Source: Bacteroidales bacterium
GTDB taxonomy: Bacteria; Bacteroidota; Bacteroidia; Bacteroidales; UBA1402
Direction of reading: 5' to 3'
Length of the DNA stretch: 53,349 bases
NCBI GenBank assembly: GCA_017958305.1
Contig: JAGDCW010000053.1
Span: 1 to 53,349 of the forward strand
Position 1 is the first letter of the stretch, and each line of letters opens with the position of its first letter. Below are positions 49,671 to 53,349 of the stretch, piece by piece. Made by a program: the position numbers and the translations under genes. The notes below the pieces were generated by a model that had not been told where the DNA came from, did no database searches, and saw nothing but the letters and a program-made list of their open reading frames with translations.

Positions 49671-50462
49671 ATGAGAAAGTTCGGCATCATCGGCTATCCC
49701 TTGGGACATTCCTTTTCCCGGGGCTATTTCACGGAAAAATTCGCCCGCGAGCATATCGATGCGGTCTATGAGGCCTTCCCCATGGAGTCGATTACGGCGT
49801 TTCCGGCCCTGGTGGCCGGCGAACCCGATCTCTGCGGCTTGAATGTCACACTGCCTCACAAGCAGGCGGTGATGCAATATCTGGACAGCCTGTCGCCCGA
49901 GGCAGCCGCCATCGGGGCGGTCAATGTCATCAAGATCGTGCGCCGCGACGGACGTCCGGTGATGAAGGGCTACAACAGCGACTGCATGGGCTTCCGGGGC
50001 TCGATAGCCCCCGCCATCGAGGCCATGCGGGCCGGAGGGGAAACCCTGCAGGCCCTGGTCTTCGGCACGGGCGGCGCTTCACGGGCCGTGGCCTACGCCC
50101 TGTTGCAACTCAATGTGCAGCCGGTGATGGTCTCGCGCCAGCCTTCGACCTATCGTCTGGGCGACGGGACGCAGTTAGACTGCATGTCGTACGACGACCT
50201 TACGCCCCAGGTGATGGCCTCGCACCGTGTGCTGGTCAATGCCACGCCCCTGGGCATGAGCCCCCACGTCGAAACCTTTGTGCCTATCCCATACCAATGC
50301 CTCACCGGCAAACATCTGCTTTACGACTTGGTGTATAATCCCGAAGAGACGATGTTCCTGCGTCAGGGCAAGGAGCAGGGCGCCCAAACCTTGAGCGGCC
50401 TGGCCATGCTTTATTTGCAGGCGCAGGGCAGTTGGCAGGTATGGTCGAAAAGTACATTATAA
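49671..50462 (+). CDS. aroE: Shikimate dehydrogenase
   Basis: Start at MRKFGIIGYPLGHSFS. GLNVTLPHK, AVNVI, GYNSD and FGTGGASRAV motifs. Confidence 0.9.
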   Translation: MRKFGIIGYPLGHSFSRGYFTEKFAREHIDAVYEAFPMESITAFPALVAGEPDLCGLNVTLPHKQAVMQYLDSLSPEAAAIGAVNVIKIVRRDGRPVMKGYNSDCMGFRGSIAPAIEAMRAGGETLQALVFGTGGASRAVAYALLQLNVQPVMVSRQPSTYRLGDGTQLDCMSYDDLTPQVMASHRVLVNATPLGMSPHVETFVPIPYQCLTGKHLLYDLVYNPEETMFLRQGKEQGAQTLSGLAMLYLQAQGSWQVWSKSTL

Positions 50463-50474
50463 CATTGTCATATT

Positions 50475-52472
50475 ATGGAAGAAGAAAGGAAAACGGTTGA
50501 TTTGCCGGAAAATGCGTATCGCCCCTTGAAGGAAGGCGAAAGCTACGAACCTGTGATGAGTCCTCAAAAAGTTTATCCCGAAGCCAACTGGCGCTCGGTG
50601 TCGCTGGGTGTGCTGATGGCCATCGTCTTCTCGGCCGCCGCGGCGTTCCTGGGATTGAAAGTGGGACAGGTCTTTGAGGCCGCCATCCCCATTGCCATCA
50701 TCGCTGTGGGCCTGTCGAGTGTGTCCAAGCGCAAGAACGCCCTGGGCGAGAATGTCATCATCCAGTCGATCGGCGCCTGCTCGGGCGTGATCGTGGCCGG
50801 TGCCATTTTCACCTTGCCGGCCCTTTACATCCTTCAAGCCAAGTATCCGGACATGTCGGTCAATTTCATCCAGGTCTTGGTCAGCTCGCTGCTGGGCGGT
50901 GTGCTGGGCATCCTGTTCCTGATTCCCTTCCGCAAGTACTTTGTGTCCGATATGCACGGCAAATACCCCTTCCCCGAAGCCACTGCCACGACGCAGGTGC
51001 TCATTTCGGGCGAGAAGGGTGCCGGCCAGGCCAAACCCTTGATCATCTCCGGTTTGATCGGCGGTATCTATGATTTCCTGGTGGCCACCTTCGGCGCCTG
51101 GACCGAGGTCTTCTCGACCCGCGTCTGCGCCTGGGGCACCGCCCTGGCCGACAAGGCCAAACTGGTCTTCAGCATCAACACCGGTGCCGCCGTGCTGGGT
51201 CTGGGCTACATCGTCGGACTGAAATACGCCGCCATCATCTGTGCCGGCTCGGCCCTGGTTTGGTTTGTCATCGTGCCCTTGCTGCCTTTCGTGGGTGACG
51301 ACCTGCTGCAGGTGCTCAACCCGACCATCACCGGCACGGCTGCCGCCATGAGCCCCGAACAACTGTTCACCAGCTATGCCCGTCACATCGGCATCGGCGG
51401 CATCGCCATGGCCGGCATCCTGGGCATTGTCAAGTCCTGGCCCGTCATCAAGAGTGCCGTGGGCCTGGCCGGCCGCGAGATCAAAGGCGGCAAGGTGCAG
51501 GCCGGTCAGAAGGTGACGCGTACGCAGCGCGACTTGTCGATGAAGATCCTGCTCGTCGGTGTGGCCGTTGCATTGGTGGCTGTATTTGTCTTCTTTTATT
51601 TCGGTGTGATGGAATTCAACCTGTTGCATGCCGTCGTCGGCCTGCTGGTGGTGGGCGTCATCGCCTTCCTTTTCACCACGGTGGCCGCCAACGCCATCGC
51701 CATCGTCGGCACCAACCCCGTGTCGGGCATGACGCTCATGACCCTCATCCTGGCATCGGTCATCATGGTGTCGGTGGGCCTGAAAGGCACGACGGGCATC
51801 GTCTCGGCCCTGATCATGGGCGGAGTGGTGTGCACCGCTTTGTCGATGGCCGGAGGCTTTGTCACCGACCTGAAGATCGGCTACTGGCTGGGTTCCACGC
51901 CGGCCGTACAGCAGGGATGGAAGTTCCTGGGTACGCTGGTTTCGGCCCTGACGGTCGGTGCCGTGCTCATCGTCCTGAACAAGACCTACGGCTTCGTGGG
52001 CGACAACGCCCTGGTGGCTCCGCAGGCCAACGCCATGGCCGCCGTCATCGACCCGCTCATGTCGGGTTCGGGCGCTCCCTGGTGGCTCTACGGTGTGGGT
52101 GCCTTGCTGGCCCTGATCCTGAATTTCATCAAGGTGCCGGCCCTGGCTTTTGCCCTGGGCATGTTCATCCCCTTCCAGCTGAACATCCCCTTGCTGGTGG
52201 GTGGCGCCATCAACTGGTTTGTCGGCTCGCGCTCCAAGGACAAGGCCCTCAACACGGCCCGCACCGAGAAAGGCACCCTGCTGGCTTCCGGCTTTATCGC
52301 CGGTGGTGCGCTGATGGGCGTCGTGAGTGCCGCCCTGCGTTTCGGCGGACTCGACCTGACACTGGCAGGCTGGGCCGGATCGACCGGTGCCGAGGTGCTG
52401 TCGATTGTGATGTACATCGGCCTGATCGCTGTCTTTGTGGGCAGCATCATGAAGATCAAGTCGTCCAAATAA
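50475..52472 (+). CDS. OPT-family oligopeptide transporter
   Basis: A 665-aa polytopic membrane protein. LTFPEATATT-like motif (YPFPEATATTQVL) and DLKIGYWLGSTP are typical of the OPT superfamily. Confidence 0.88.
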   Translation: MEEERKTVDLPENAYRPLKEGESYEPVMSPQKVYPEANWRSVSLGVLMAIVFSAAAAFLGLKVGQVFEAAIPIAIIAVGLSSVSKRKNALGENVIIQSIGACSGVIVAGAIFTLPALYILQAKYPDMSVNFIQVLVSSLLGGVLGILFLIPFRKYFVSDMHGKYPFPEATATTQVLISGEKGAGQAKPLIISGLIGGIYDFLVATFGAWTEVFSTRVCAWGTALADKAKLVFSINTGAAVLGLGYIVGLKYAAIICAGSALVWFVIVPLLPFVGDDLLQVLNPTITGTAAAMSPEQLFTSYARHIGIGGIAMAGILGIVKSWPVIKSAVGLAGREIKGGKVQAGQKVTRTQRDLSMKILLVGVAVALVAVFVFFYFGVMEFNLLHAVVGLLVVGVIAFLFTTVAANAIAIVGTNPVSGMTLMTLILASVIMVSVGLKGTTGIVSALIMGGVVCTALSMAGGFVTDLKIGYWLGSTPAVQQGWKFLGTLVSALTVGAVLIVLNKTYGFVGDNALVAPQANAMAAVIDPLMSGSGAPWWLYGVGALLALILNFIKVPALAFALGMFIPFQLNIPLLVGGAINWFVGSRSKDKALNTARTEKGTLLASGFIAGGALMGVVSAALRFGGLDLTLAGWAGSTGAEVLSIVMYIGLIAVFVGSIMKIKSSK

Positions 52473-52506
52473 TCTGCCGGCCCCGCGTTTTGGCCCGCTA
52501 TACTAT

Positions 52507-53349
52507 TCAGGAAGCTGAATGAGGTTTGGGCAAAACCTTGCCATCGATCGTTTGGAAGCGGCGCTCGAATTCTTCGCGTGTCCGCTTCCATCTTTTGTGC
52601 GTCCACAAGTAGAAGGCCGGTTCCCGGCGCACCGTTTCTTCGAGCTTGGCAAAAAAGCGGCGCGTGAGTTCGAACTCGGGCAGCTCATGCACATTGTCGG
52701 CCAGCAGGTGGTAGGTGACCACATACTGCCCGCGCCTGGGACGGCTCAACTCCAGGTAGAAAGCCGCCTGCTCCATTTTGCACATGATCTTCTCGGCCCC
52801 GGTAAACACGGGTGTTTCGTGCTCCAGGAAGGGCAGCCACAGGTGGATGTTCTCCCATTTGGGCGACTGGTCGGCGATGTAGCCGAAGCCCGACAGGACG
52901 CCCTCCCGGCGGTAACGCAGCAGATGGCGCAGGATGTCGTTTTTGGGGATGGTGGTGCCGTGCGAGCGGATGCGGCGCATCAGGCGGTCGAAAACCTTGT
53001 TGTGCAGAGGATGGTAGATGAGTCCCATCACCACGTCGGAGGGCAGGTCGATGCCCACGCACGTGAGCCATTCCCAATTGGCGTAGTGTCCCAACATGGC
53101 CCCCACCGAGCGACCTTGGGCAAAGTAGGGGATGACCAGCTCCGGATTGACGGTGTGAAAATGCTTTCTCAACGTCTTTTCACTGATGCTGAGTAGTTTG
53201 ATGGTCTCAAAAATGTAGTCACAGAAAAAGTGGTAGAACTGTTTCTCGATGTGACGTCGCTCTTCTTCGCTCTTTTCCGGGAAAGAAGAAGCCAGGTTGC
53301 TGCGGACCACCCCGCGCCGGTAGCGCACCAGATGATAGACGGGCACGAA
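52507..53349 (-). CDS. Lipid A biosynthesis (LpxL/HtrB-like) lysophospholipid acyltransferase; the 5' end lies outside the window
   Basis: The ORF is open to the window edge. RSNLASSFPEKSEEERRHIEKQFYHFFCDY and the HYANWEW motif (HxxxxD-type region) are typical of LABLAT acyltransferases. Confidence 0.8.
   Translation of the reverse strand, partial: FVPVYHLVRYRRGVVRSNLASSFPEKSEEERRHIEKQFYHFFCDYIFETIKLLSISEKTLRKHFHTVNPELVIPYFAQGRSVGAMLGHYANWEWLTCVGIDLPSDVVMGLIYHPLHNKVFDRLMRRIRSHGTTIPKNDILRHLLRYRREGVLSGFGYIADQSPKWENIHLWLPFLEHETPVFTGAEKIMCKMEQAAFYLELSRPRRGQYVVTYHLLADNVHELPEFELTRRFFAKLEETVRREPAFYLWTHKRWKRTREEFERRFQTIDGKVLPKPHSAS

Overview
This is a dense, almost fully coding 53.3-kb chromosomal stretch. 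I call 43 CDS, two of them cut by the window edges. I found no rRNA or tRNA genes, CRISPR arrays, transposases, integrases or phage genes, and no recognisable transcription factor.

Gene content and signals point to a fairly GC-rich member of Bacteroidota (Bacteroidales-like); the genus cannot be determined by eye. The supporting signals are exact TAnnTTTG -7 boxes upstream of operons, a pdxJ-exbB-exbD-tonB cluster, a GH3/beta-lactamase fusion, DUF349, an MG2+Plug protein, a split 5'-nucleotidase and lipoprotein-type efflux adaptors.

Layout from left to right:
- The end of a glycosyltransferase gene, followed by an unusual fusion of an unknown domain to an agmatine-deiminase-family domain.
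- A MacAB/DevBCA-like ABC efflux operon with three tandem paralogous HlyD adaptors, a permease, an ATPase and a TolC-like protein.
- Housekeeping genes: corA, rsmA, a flippase-like membrane protein, DUF349, DJ-1, tonB-exbD-exbB-pdxJ, nadK, the MG2/Plug protein, rplS and nadE.
- An outer-membrane beta-barrel gene, then a translationally coupled operon of split 5'-nucleotidase plus GH3-beta-lactamase.
- An 8-gene sugar operon: split transketolase, GlpK-like kinase, L-fucose-isomerase-like protein and a ribose-type ABC importer with DUF2291.
- A GH2 beta-galactosidase and a hexuronate module (exuT-eda-kdgK-uxaC).
- glnS, a TPR protein, aroE, an OPT transporter and a truncated lipid-A-type acyltransferase.

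Nothing here is clearly a defence or mobile system. The three leads most worth follow-up are the sugar operon (an uncharacterised isomerase-kinase-transketolase route with an ABC importer, atypical for Bacteroidota), the triple-adaptor efflux operon and the agmatine-deiminase fusion. Many very long antisense ORFs in the track are judged to be codon-bias artefacts. All functional calls come from motif recognition by eye; no searches were run.
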